64,000 nt of DNA from Zygnema circumcarinatum SAG 698-1b. Taxonomy: Eukaryota > Plantae > Zygnematophyceae. Location of the stretch: positions 4,092,001 through 4,156,000 of the forward strand of contig CM074808.1 of assembly GCA_037447605.1 (NCBI GenBank). Reading direction: 5' to 3'. The translations under genes were made by a program, and so were the position numbers. Position 1 is the first letter of the stretch. The number at the start of each line of letters is the position of its first letter. A model generated the notes under the pieces. That model saw nothing but the letters and a program-made list of their open reading frames with translations, did no database searches and was not told where the DNA came from. Below, piece by piece: positions 38,560 through 51,400 of the stretch.

Positions 38560-38844
38560 GTGAATTCACATTCATTGTATTTTGTTTTGTTTATAAGCCG
38601 AGTATTTCATGTTTTGTTGTTTCCTTTAGCCTTAAATGAACTAATACCTTTACTTCACGGCTAGGCCAAATAAAGTATAATATTGTAATAAATAGACAAC
38701 CAGTGAGAGATGTATATTTTTATATACTTAAGGCTCTCACTAGCAAATACTATAGCAAACATGTGTGGTTTATTGGTGTAATATCAATAACCATTCGAAG
38801 AATTGTATTTTCCTCGAATGGTTATTAAATGCAATCACCAAGAA

Positions 38845-39018
<174 letters not shown>

Positions 39019-39111
39019 TCAGTAATTGCATGTTCTAATTACGTTATGCGATTCTGATAAATATAATAGTACAGAAAGTCAACTAATCTCAACCAATTGA
39101 AAAAAAAAATT

Positions 39112-39339
39112 ATGGCTACACAAACTATAAAACAAGCTTCTAATAGTAAAGGCAGAAAAACTAGTGTTGGGGATATACTAAAACCATTAAATTCTGAATA
39201 TGGGAAAGTGGCTCCTGGTTGGGGCACTACAGTGCTTATGGCTGTATTTATGGCTTTATTTGCTGTGTTTTTGGTAATTATTTTAGAACTATATAATGCA
39301 TCAGTTATTCTAGACGGTATTGCAGTGAGTTGGCAATAA
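39112..39339 (+). CDS. psbH: psbH, copy 2
   Basis: Identical translation to copy 1. Confidence 0.94.
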   Translation: MATQTIKQASNSKGRKTSVGDILKPLNSEYGKVAPGWGTTVLMAVFMALFAVFLVIILELYNASVILDGIAVSWQ

Positions 39340-39636
39340 ATTCAATGAGTCTAGAATAATTCAAATGAATCATCATAAGACCTGAATAGTATAGAAATTG
39401 TTCCTTGTGAGAGCTATTGGTGAACACTCAACATCCATTCCTGCTCTCACTAAGGATCTAGATTGNNNNNNNNNNTATCAAATCTGATAATACAATTCAT
39501 TTTAGTATCAAAGTACAATTGTTGCAAAATACTATTGTTTTGTGATAGTTGATTTGAAAAGTCTTTAGGGAGTAACATATTTGCATTACTCTTCGCCAGC
39601 ACGCAAGATACCTTTACACATTTTAAAATTACATTT

Positions 39637-39744
39637 ATGGAAGCTTTGGTTTACACATTTCTCCTAGTAGGTACTCTAGGAATTATCTTTTTTGCTATCT
39701 TTTTCAGAGAGCCGCCCAAAGTACCTGTAAAAGAAAAGAAATAA
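39637..39744 (+). CDS. psbT: psbT, copy 2
   Basis: Same sequence as copy 1 (offset 1185). Confidence 0.93.
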   Translation: MEALVYTFLLVGTLGIIFFAIFFREPPKVPVKEKK

Positions 39745-40029
39745 GTGAATTCACATTCATTGTATTTTGTTTTGTTTATAAGCCGAGTATTTCATGTTTT
39801 GTTGTTTCCTTTAGCCTTAAATGAACTAATACCTTTACTTCACGGCTAGGCCAAATAAAGTATAATATTGTAATAAATAGACAACCAGTGAGAGATGTAT
39901 ATTTTTATATACTTAAGGCTCTCACTAGCAAATACTATAGCAAACATGTGTGGTTTATTGGTGTAATATCAATAACCATTCGAAGAATTGTATTTTCCTC
40001 GAATGGTTATTAAATGCAATCACCAAGAA

Positions 40030-40203
<174 letters not shown>

Positions 40204-40296
40204 TCAGTAATTGCATGTTCTAATTACGTTATGCGATTCTGATAAATATAATAGTACAGAAAGTCAACTAATCTCAACCAATTGAAAAAAAAAATT

Positions 40297-40524
40297 ATGG
40301 CTACACAAACTATAAAACAAGCTTCTAATAGTAAAGGCAGAAAAACTAGTGTTGGGGATATACTAAAACCATTAAATTCTGAATATGGGAAAGTGGCTCC
40401 TGGTTGGGGCACTACAGTGCTTATGGCTGTATTTATGGCTTTATTTGCTGTGTTTTTGGTAATTATTTTAGAACTATATAATGCATCAGTTATTCTAGAC
40501 GGTATTGCAGTGAGTTGGCAATAA
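40297..40524 (+). CDS. psbH: psbH, copy 3
   Basis: Identical translation to copy 1. Confidence 0.94.
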   Translation: MATQTIKQASNSKGRKTSVGDILKPLNSEYGKVAPGWGTTVLMAVFMALFAVFLVIILELYNASVILDGIAVSWQ

Positions 40525-40885
40525 ATTCAATGAGTCTAGAATAATTCAAATGAATCATCATAAGACCTGAATAGTATAGAAATTGTTCCTTGTGAGAGCT
40601 ATTGGTGAACACTCAACATCCATTCCTGCTCTCACTAAGGATCTAGATTGTTGCATAAAAACACTATCATAACATAATGTTGATGTACTTTGTGCGATGG
40701 CTAGCTTAACATAAATTTATATACATAAAATACAGTTATTTTTGATAGATACTTCTGTTATGCAGACGGAATCATGTGAACTCAATGGTTAATAACATTT
40801 GACAATTCAATTTAGAAAAACATTATTTTGCTACATTGATTGTCTTGCTTGGTACTTGTCATTTTCAAGCTCACANNNNNNNNNN

Positions 40886-41042
40886 TTTTGCATTGTTGTT
40901 CTTCTTTGGACATCTTTGGCACGGTTCTAGAACCTTATTTAGAGACGTATTTGCGGGAATTGATCCTGATTTAGATTCACAAGTAGAATTTGGATTATTC
41001 CAGAAACTAGGAGACCCAACTACAAGAAAGCAAACTGTTTAA
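40886..41042 (+). CDS. psbB: psbB C-terminal fragment, copy 2
   Basis: Same as 38005-38161 and begins at the same base after a gap. Confidence 0.92.
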
Positions 41043-41332
41043 TATATGGATTAGTAAATCAATATATTCAATGGTATGCATATTAACAATAATGAATCAA
41101 TTTCATGGTATTTCTACTTAGTTCAATTGAATAAATTGTGTATTCACTATGAAAAACACAATTTGTAAGAATATCAAATCTGATAATACAATTCATTTTA
41201 GTATCAAAGTACAATTGTTGCAAAATACTATTGTTTTGTGATAGTTGATTTGAAAAGTCTTTAGGGAGTAACATATTTGCATTACTCTTCGCCAGCACGC
41301 AAGATACCTTTACACATTTTAAAATTACATTT

Positions 41333-41440
41333 ATGGAAGCTTTGGTTTACACATTTCTCCTAGTAGGTACTCTAGGAATTATCTTTTTTGCTATCTTTTT
41401 CAGAGAGCCGCCCAAAGTACCTGTAAAAGAAAAGAAATAA
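41333..41440 (+). CDS. psbT: psbT, copy 3
   Basis: Same sequence as copy 1 (offset 2881). Confidence 0.93.
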   Translation: MEALVYTFLLVGTLGIIFFAIFFREPPKVPVKEKK

Positions 41441-41856
41441 GTGAATTCACATTCATTGTATTTTGTTTTGTTTATAAGCCGAGTATTTCATGTTTTGTTG
41501 TTTCCTTTAGCCTTAAATGAACTAATACCTTTACTTCACGGCTAGGCCAAATAAAGTATAATATTGTAATAAATAGACAACCAGTGAGAGATGTATATTT
41601 TTATATACTTAAGGCTCTCACTAGCAAATACTATAGCAAACATGTGTGGTTTATTGGTGTAATATCAATAACCATTCGAACTCCCGAGGTTCCTGGGAGA
41701 GTAAACGGTTCTTGCCGGGTGCTGGAACAACCCGTTGGTGCGCAACCCGTCGAGAGATTGTGTCTACAGCCGAAGAGCAATCTCCTCGAACTGCTCGACT
41801 GCCCGGCGAGGCGAGGTGGCCTCATTCTCGCCAGAGCCGGCTGGCCGGCTGCTTGC

Positions 41857-44800
41857 TTACGGCCCTTGCCTCCCTTTAGACAATGAAACGAGACCCTTTG
41901 CAGACAGGTTGGCTATGGAGCTTGCGATCACCTCCGCGTTGTTCATTTGGTAGCCCCCTGCACGCCTAGGTATCCGTGAGTAACCTGGCAACAGCGCTTT
42001 TGACTTGGGACAAGAACAATTATGATTACTGCGCACATGCGCAAATCTTATCTGACACAGAACATGAAAAGGGCGAAGGGAAAGACAACATATGACCGGT
42101 GCGATACAGAACCGGCAAAACCAACGACTGTCCATTGCGCCCGCTGGCCGCAGCCGGCACCCACCTGACGTCAGCATGAGTATAGGAACCTTCCGGCGGC
42201 GAGCCCAGGAGAACACCATCTCATCTCGCCGCGCTACGCCCTCCGCCGATACCTGCAGAGAGCGCCCCCTCCCTCAATGGGTCATGGAAACAAACGTTGC
42301 CATCATCATCATCATCAACATCATCATCCGGCGGGCGGCAATGGTTGCGGCCTCCGCCCCCCCCCCCCACGGCATGCGCTAGCCGCACCAACGTACCCGC
42401 AAACGGCCCAGAGCGTCCCCCTCCAGCACATCCGTCCCTGCGTTATAGATGAGCAAGTCTGCTGAAAATTCCCTTCCCGCTGCCTGCACTCGCTTCCCCA
42501 GGCAGAAGCAGCGGACCAGCTCATGCTGCAGCACGCCTTTAACGAACCACGTTTCCAAGCCCTTTCACAATTATCTTGCAGCTAATGGGTGAAAGCATTT
42601 TCAACGACGACGGCAGCCTGCGCACTTAGCAAAACCACATGGCATTTGGGCCTTACAGCAACCAACCCGTGGAATGTGAACTTGCCTCCAAATTAGTCTC
42701 CAACAGTTCCAAATACTCTTTGGTCGCCGTACCGCTCTGTGCCCCCAAACCGCCCCCACGCTTCAAGGTGATGTCAGTGATTCAAACGATGGAAAGTAGC
42801 CCGGCATTAACTGCCTGTGGCAGTGCTGATATTGCGTTTGTAGAAGTCAAATCTGACATGAAACACACGAACACCAATCGCTCCCCACAGGCCAAATTCA
42901 GCGCAAGAATGCCAGGGAACAGAACAGAGGGCAGTATAACTTCTGTCACTCGAACAGCATTGCAAACACAACTCGGCAAGCGAAAGACACTCAGTGGCAG
43001 CGCTTACTCTTAACTCTACTCTTCTCTTTATGCCCCGCTTCGCCTCGTCATCCTGAGCCACCAGTAGGCCCCAACCATATCATCAGCAATCTCCTCTGAA
43101 TCACAAATGACAATGAATCCGTGTTCAGTAGATTGAGAAAGGGCTTCCAATGATTTCCGTGTCACAAGGTTTCAAGTATCACTGAATCTAGATATAATGC
43201 CAAATACGAAGCTACACACAAGGATGAACCTTAAAGAGAAAGCAGGTTTACAGATGTGCCATGCCTTTGGATAGATGTCCCGATTGTACATATCCATAAT
43301 GTAGACATTGTCTGCCCGCCCAACTCCACAACCTTTCTCATCAAATTCACCTTCAATAGCCAGCCAACATTCCTCAAGTTGTCCCGGACTTAATGCAAGG
43401 ATCCGTCCCAACAAGAGGAGGGAGCGGGCCCAACAGCCACTGTCTGTCTGCCACGTAGTGCCCTCCGCCCACCGTACCTTCACCAGCGAAGTCGCGTCCA
43501 TGGCCGTTCCCCTGATGAGCGTCCAGGTCCAAAATCATCACTCTGCTCCCTCCAGCCGCCAGGCCGCCATTTCCAAGTTAAACCTTTACATCGTGGGCTG
43601 GGGACAGACTCAGCTCGCAGACGCCGCTAATTCCTCTAAGGACTAAGGAGGGGCGGCTCCTGGCTGCGATGCAAGCATTCGCCGCTCACCGCGATACGTT
43701 CAGGCGGCCGAGGGCAAAGCGCACGGCGAGCGAGATGTCGGCATATGCGCAAAAGCCGCCTCCGCGCGATGAACTGCAGTGGTGGAATCCACCGCCAAGA
43801 TTGATGGCCCACCCTCGCTCCAAAGCCAGCTTAGCGCCAAGCACAGTCCCTCCAACCTGTTCGAGAAAACAAATCATGGATTTACCCAACTACCATGCTT
43901 ACGGGCCTTAGACAGATGCTCAAGGTTTTCTGTCTTCCACACAATTTGAACAATGACAATGGATGAACTTCTGGCAAATTGAAAGTGAGTCTTCGAGTTA
44001 GGCCGAACAATGCTGGCTGCCAGATGGCGGGAAGCTGCGCCCAGCCGAAGCATACCTGCAGCCTGAACGGGTACAGTAATCGGCGTTGGACGATGAAGTT
44101 GGGAAGAAGCGCCACTGGTGGAACCTGAGCGAAGCCCAAAGCAATAAGCCACCGTTATCACGGGACGTTGTTTCCTGAAAGGGAAAACAGTCAGTAAGTC
44201 TTAACGCAAGGAGGCCAAGGTAGCCGACAAGCACCTCAGTGATCGCAGCCACGTTCGCACTCCAATTCAGACTGTTGAGGTAATCCTTCGTGTGCGCCTG
44301 GAAAGCCAAATGCATAACTAGGAAGCAAAGCATTAATGTCACCAAGCCTTCTCAAAATATTCATCCTCAAGTCAGGCAAGCTCACCAACTAACTGATGCA
44401 ATACAGCAGTTTGCAGATTGCTGCTCACAAAACCTTCTGAGGAAAGCTTAGAGGCTACATGCAATGGCAAAACGATTTATTCAAAGACATACTAAACGCC
44501 GCGCCGAAATTCCCTGCAAAGGGAGCTACTAACCAACAAAAGGTCATCCTCCAACGCCTCACGAGGTTCAATATACTGTTGGGGCTCCAAGATTCCTGCC
44601 TCCAGGAGGAGCTGCAGAATGCGACCCCACTTTGTGGAGTCAAAAGGATGTCTGCGCAAATTGAGGTCCTGCCAGCTTGTCACTTTCATTACCATATCAC
44701 GCCTCGACAGGCATGTTGCAAGTGCGTGACATTAAGAGCACTCAAGGCACAGGATATACTACTGCCACCCATAAACAGCAGAAAACTGAGTGGGTCCCAT

Positions 44801-45340
44801 AGGGAAAAAAAAGCGGCTTACAGCTTTTCAAGCCCAAAAAAATGATGTTGTAATTCGGAGAGTAAACCAGAGGTTCCTGCAGCGCTCAACTAAAGTAATG
44901 AGTGACCGACAATGCTAGGAAGAGGCTACTTTTAAAGATCCCTTCATACAAGATCCTTCAAAGTTTCAAGTTACAAAAAGAAGAGAGGTTAGAAGTTAGA
45001 AGAAGAGAACTTAAGAGTTACAAAAAGTACGTTAAACATCTTTACTAATCAGCAATATGCCATACGAAATCAGCAAACAATCAAAGTCATGAGCCAAATA
45101 GCGGACCTTTTCCTGCGGCACGTCAAACAAGAGCCGCGTGCTGTGTAGGCGATCGTCCATGGTCTTCACCTCCCCCTCGCTCCCCCTCCGCATCGCCCCG
45201 CGCAGGCGAGCGCGGCCAAGCGCACGCGAGAGCGCGGTGCAGGGCCGGCCTGCGGGCGGGCCCTGCGCAGAGCCCAGCGCCGGGGACGCCAGGCCTATGC
45301 CCAGGCCCAGGCCGAGGGCGAGGGCGCGGGAGGCGGGCAT
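41857..45340 (-). CDS. HDA2: Class IV histone deacetylase (HDA2/HDAC11-like); apparent -1 frameshift in exon 2
   Basis: Exons give RLLFDVPQEK, PLVYSPNYNI, GLEKLHPFDSTKWG, GGTVLGAKLALERGWAINLGGGFHHC, GGGFCAYADI, ILDLDAHQGNGH, YIMDMYN, IYNAGTDVLEGDALG and LMLTSGGGY. Two GC-AG introns are required. The start is ATG 45340 or a downstream Met (45193 or 45160). Confidence 0.9.
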
Positions 45341-45441
45341 GGTGGGCGGGGGCGGGAGGGCGAGTTCGAAGTGCGGGCTCTCCTCAGCGCGCGCCTCGCG
45401 GGGCTGGCGGGGGCTCCGGAGTCCTGAGGCCGGCGGACGCC

Positions 45442-48400
45442 ATGGCGGGCGCTCCTGTGAGCCCGCACCGCGTGGCCCTCTGCAGCCTGCTCGGGGCCTA
45501 CGCCATGGCTGCCTCCTGGCCGCACTTCACCACGCTGCGCCGAGGCGTGCGCCAGAAGCTTGCTCTCTTCCTGCTGGGCGAGACGCAGGTGAGAGCGCCT
45601 CGCACACTCAAATTATCAGAAATTCAGCTCTAGCTATAGTAACCTTTGAGGATTCTTTAAGTATCAGATGAGAATTACAGGAAACTGTTTTGGAACGTGC
45701 GAAGAACAGAGGGGCCTGTGCTATTTGTGCAACTGCCGGCTGTTTGGCTCAGCATCACTTGCTGCCGCTCCTCAGCTTAGTTGAAAAAATTAGGATTAAG
45801 TATACTTCTTTGCTCTTGTCGCCCAAGGAGAAAGAACATTTTTTTCGTACTTTAGTTTTTGCCTTCTTTGCCTCAATTGCAGGTTGTGTTTAGACCACAC
45901 AAAAAGCGTCACATGCATGCAATGTATGGAAGACTATGAAGCTCACAGTTGTTGATATTCCATGAAGATTTTTTAGGACTTCGAATCTGAAAACTCACTC
46001 AAGGAGTTGTTTTTCTCGCTGCAGGCCTCGGACAGCTATCTGGAGCCTACGTTGGAGGAGCTTAAGTTTAACTTACGGACCGCTTTGGGTGATACAGGAG
46101 AGCAGCTCGCCGAGCAGCTCTCGGATCGAATGCGGGCCTTCTTGAGTGTTGACGACGTCATTTCGTTCTTTCTCGGACTAAAGAGTGAGTGTTGCATTAG
46201 CTTTGATGGTAGGCAAAGCGACAGAAAAGGATTTTCATTGTTGTACTTTCGTTTTACGTCTGATACATTTTCATTTGGTTGTGAGTGTTTCCCCACTTGC
46301 GTTTATGAGTTTCTCGCTTGGCTCTGGGCCGTCCTGCAGGCTTGCTTTCCTCTCCACCATATACTACGCCTGCAGATGGGGGAGGCGAGGAGGAAGCCTT
46401 GCTAGTCGAACCAAACAGTTCTCTGGGCCTTTTTCTACGGCGTTGCATTCTCAACTTCAATTCACTGACCTTTGAGGTGATCTAGCTCGCACGCGGGCTG
46501 ATGCTCGTCTTGCTCCCCGCCGTGGAGGCCCATCGTTCCCTTTCACTTCAACTTTCATTTCGTACCGCCCACTTTATTCTCAAGTTTTGTCCTCATTACT
46601 TTCGTTGAGTACAATATAAGTACCCCGTCATTGAGCTTGACTTATGGCTATGTTCCTGTTCCCTTAGATGCTCATACTCCCTTTTCTTCAACAGGGGACC
46701 TGCCAGCTGTTCTCAAACATCTGTGCATACTACCAGGCTTCAGCATCTAAAGAGTTGGTGGCCTCCCCTTCTCAGCCGCCTGAAAGCTTGTGGGAAGTCG
46801 ATGAGTTTGGAACCGATGAGATGCTGGAGGACGAAGCGGCACTCTCTGACAGAATGACCGACTTCGCTGAACGCGGACCGAGCTTTGGCACGAGCACGGG
46901 CTCTCCGGATGTCGACTTCGCACCTGACACGCCGCTGGCAGAGAGGAGACTGAGCACAGGAGGGAGCGGTTTGACTCGAAACAGAATCGTGGATGGGCTG
47001 TTTCGTGGTGGCGAGGGAACATATTTTGACTGGCAACAGGTCAATCGAGAAAGAGGTGAGCACTTTAGAAGGTCCTGATTTTGGAGACTCGTGAGTTTTC
47101 ATTCAGTCAGCACTTCGCCACCACTCACCACCATCACCACCACCTCACCACCTTCACCACTTTTCCCTTGTCATAGAATGTGTAACAAGTCATCTCAGTG
47201 TGAACAGTCCGATGTTCACGCGGTAACGTCAGTGCTAGGCCTATCCTTCTGTTTGCATTCGCCCCCTGCAGCTCCCGAGCGGCCCTTGCAGTTGGAGAGT
47301 CTTCACTCCGAGGAGGCAATGGATGTGGAGGAGGAGGCCGGGGACGATGTGGAGGACGGCGGCTTCTACTTCGCGTTCGGCAGCCCCTCCGCGCAGGCGC
47401 GGGGAGGCGAGCAGCCGGACTTCCTGCGCCCGAAGCCGCAGCTCGAAGCGTTTTTCAATCGACAAACGGCAGTTGTAGAAAAGTGGGCTTTTGAACTAGA
47501 GGACCTCCTGCTTGCTCAGCGTGGGTATTCTGAGTGCACTAGTCTAAGAATGAAATCGTGATGGAGATGATGGAGATTACGACATATCGTCCTTGTTCAT
47601 GTGCTCCTCGTTTCTCTACGTACCGTCTGTTTGACCATTCTTGCCAAGCATGGGAAAAAAACGCCGTTAACTCGAGCACTTGGAGCCTGATGTCAAGTCA
47701 TACGCGTGACATGTCAAGATGAAGCATGGCTGTATCGTCCTTCGCTCTGTGCGATCATATATGTATTTCTCTCTGAAGGCTCTTGAGTTCCTTAGACGTC
47801 TTCAAATTTCAGCATAGTCAAATAAATGTCGAAACAACATGGACGGGAGTTGGCAGACAGCGCCTTGTGATTTGCTTCTTCGTTGATTGTCCAAATGACG
47901 GCTTGGAACGGCGCAGGGCCCTGGAGGCTGCCTCTGCGGCGGAGCCCGACGTGGGGGCAGAGGAGCTGCTCCGCCCGCTCGCGGACCTTCCCAAGGTCGA
48001 ATCCACCTTGCGGCAAGACTTGGCTCGCTTCACCACTTCGTTTACATGTTTGGACTGTTTCTTTTTTTCACGTTCTGTAATGTCTGAGATGTCCTCTAGA
48101 TGTTTCTCAAAGCTGAATAGAACCGGATGCAGTCGGTGGGAGAAAAATGGGCTGTAAACTAAGAAACCTCTCAAGGTGTCAGTTCGTGTTGTGTCCGTCT
48201 GTCTCTTGGAAGCATCTGCTGCCTGGTCAATGGTCATTTATCTCATCCCGTTGATGTGTTTGTGGGAGTCTCTGGCTTGGGCTCCGCAGGTGCACTATCT
48301 CCGATATTTAAATTTCGTTCAACATGGAGACTTTGCAGCCGCCTTAGAAAGTTTACATCGATACTTCGACTACAGGTTTTCTGTTTATATCCTTCGGGGG

Positions 48401-51400
48401 CTGGGCTATGGCCGACTGTGACCTTCATTCTCTGGTGCTGCATGAAGGAAGCTGCTGAGTAGTAGTTGTGTGTAGCCAAATGTTAGGTACTGTTATCATT
48501 CATCTCTAATGCCGGAAATAATTTTTTATGTAAGTCGCATTTCCAGAATGTTTTGCATTCGGAGAGATCCTCTGTCCTCCTGCCCCACTGTAAGCTAGCG
48601 TGAGTCTTTGTGTGCCATGTTGAGAATTCCCGTGGCGGGTGGCAGTGCGGCGCAGGACGCCTCCCCCCAGCAGGCGCAGGCCGCGCTGCTCTCGCTCGGG
48701 GCGCTGCACGCGCGCTTCGGGCACAAGGCGGAGGCTCTGCGGGTGAGGGAGGGAGGGAGGGAGGGAGGGAGGGAGGGGGGGGGGGCTCGGCTGCTGCTGG
48801 CTTTGTTGGGCAATGGGCTCTCAGACTCGGGCCCAATTGGGATAGGCAGCTGCTTGCGTTCATGTGCTTAGGGCCTCACTGTGGGTTGTGGTGATTCAAT
48901 TCGTGAAAGGTGAGGCAGCAATCCTTGCGTCGGCATCTCCACTAGCAGTAGAACTGCTAATTGAAAAAGTGTCTGCTCTTGTTCCATTTATGCAGGCGCT
49001 AAACGAGGCTGTCAGGCTTGCTCAACAGGTGCGGCCCGCACTGCATTCTTGCCAGAAGGGCTCTGTGGCTGTCTTACCAAACAGGCCATTGTGAAATAGG
49101 AGCTGCTGTATATAGTAGTTTATGGTCTTCCTGCAGCTCAGAATGCTTTACATTGTCCGAACTAGAAAAAGCCAGTCACAGAAGTGTTGACTCCAGGGAG
49201 ATCAGGACTTTAGCGCGTTGAACCGTGAGGTAAGATGTTTGCAGTATGGTCCACAACTTCCAGCTTCTGCCACCCTCACTTAAGCGATGTGCTTGGAAAG
49301 GTGTAGGCAAGAGCCCAGCCCACGTGACTCTGGTGTTGTCTATGACACCTTTTGTCTTGGGTATTTCTATCTCTTTCGTGATTGTTGGTATTTTTTTGTT
49401 TGTATGCGCGGGCGGGGAGAGGAGTTTCTCGGCCCAGAATAGTGATGGCGTGGGTTTGGCCCATGTGATGGCCTCCCTGTGCCACCTCCTGTCGGAGGCG
49501 GCCAGCTCGAGCTCGGCTCAGCTCGCACCGGAGAAGAAGGAGAGGGAGAGGGAGAGGGAGAGGGAGAGAGGGGGATCCGGGATAGCGTGCGACTCGCAGG
49601 CCCTGGCGGGGCAGCAGCAGCTCTTGGCGCTGCTCCGCCGCTGTCTGCGCCGCGCCTCGGAGCTCCGCCTCCCTCACCTTGTGGCCTTTGCGCGTCTCGC
49701 GTTGGCACGATACGACCTGCAGGTGGCCAAACCTCGCACTCTGTACTTGATTCAGTTAAAGAAATTGCTCCATTCTCTTGTAAAGATCACATGTTGAAAT
49801 GTCCGTGTCTGAGGGGTTGTCCTGTGGAAGCCTGCCCTGCTTGATACCCTGTGGGTAGCAGCATGTCCGCAGGCTTCTGCCTCCGGGCGAGGCTCGTTCG
49901 TCCGGGGAGCTGGGGACTACGCCTCTTGACGTCTGCCAGGTGCTGTTCTCAAGGCCTCAAAAACCTTTGGCGTTTCAATGTTGGCGCTGCGTCCTCTGAC
50001 TTGGGCTAAACTTCAAAGCAGACTCGCCATCCTATTCTTGTTGTGAGGACCAGCTCCGCTGTTACGGATACGTTAACCCACCCCAGGCAGCCCTGCAGCG
50101 TGTATATATGATGATGCTCCAATTAAGCGGTTTGAAAGCAGGGCAAGCTTGGTTATCTCTCTGTTTCCCTGAACAATCACACTAACGAAGAACCACTCAC
50201 GAGTTGTTGGAGAAACAATGTTCCCATTGCTTGTGTGAATGTCCCCTATTGGCCCTTCTGCCGTGTTTTTGTATAACCGCGTTGCTGACGAACGTCCTCC
50301 CGGAGTGATCTCCCCGAGGCAGATGCTGCGCATGGGGTCCCACCTCCTGAGCGAGGTCATGGCGAGCAGCGCGGCGATGCTGCCCATGGAGGGGGCGCTG
50401 AGTGCCGCGAGTCTGCGCGCGAGTGCGAGCGCGGCCGTGTCGGTGTCGGTGTCGCAGGCGGGCGGGCACCTCCTCAGCCTCTCCGGCAGCCTCTCCCTCG
50501 CCGCCCTCGGGGGGGGGGGCGGGGGGGGGGGGCCGCNNNNNNNNNNGGGGGGGGGGGGCCGCTCGCCGCCGCCTGGGCCTCGCCCGCCGCCCGCCACGCG
50601 GCGCTCCCTGATACGGCCCTGCGCCTCGCGGGCACCGCCCACCTCTTGCGGGCTGCGGCATGGGACCTCTACGGCAGGTGCCCTTATTCTCATGCTCATG
50701 GTGGTGTTGCCATGTATGTGCTGTGCTGGTGATCAAATCTCGGCTGTGCATACATATGGCAATCTTGCCAGTTGGGCAGGCCTAAGGCATCGAGATCAGG
50801 TGTTGGTTCGAAGAGTGAGTGATGCAGAGGGTGAGGTTGCGTATGGCTGCGATTCTGATGATGGGGGGTGCTTGGCGGGGCCGCCTCTGCAGCGCCCCCA
50901 TGGCGCGGACCAGCGCTCTCGTGCATGCCGCCTGCTACCGCGATGTTGCAACGTGAGGACTCCTCTGTTTGTCTGGCCACCGCTGCCAAGGCCAATGGTC
51001 GGGAAAAACCCCTGATTGGCTGAAATGTTGCGTTGTTCTTTGTGGAGTCAATTGCAACATTAGGTGATTGGATCGATTGCAGGCCCTGCCTTGAAACGAA
51101 GTTGCCGAGTTGCGGTGCTGTGACGGTATGGACTTGGTCTTTGTGGATACGTGCAGCAGTCACTTGCGCTAAGATAGCTCCTCCATGCTGCAGGGCAGAA
51201 GAAATGTCGACTGCTTATGTGAAGTTGGCAGCTCACTTGTCATCCCATAAAGGCCACAATGGTGAGCGCTCTATCATTTGATGTTGCATGGGCTTATGAC
51301 ATGACATACTCCGAGTGCAGGCGTCCTTTAGTCCAAACATAATTCGAGCAGTGGTAAAGGCTGCTGAAACATCACAAAAGCATAGCCCTTTTGAGAGTGA

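Noticed and set aside
50537-50546. Apparent frame change within an APC5 exon
   Set aside because: It coincides with a 10-N gap between poly-G runs, and homology resumes on the far side (ALPDTALRLAGTAHLLRAAAWDLYG), so it is a gap artefact.
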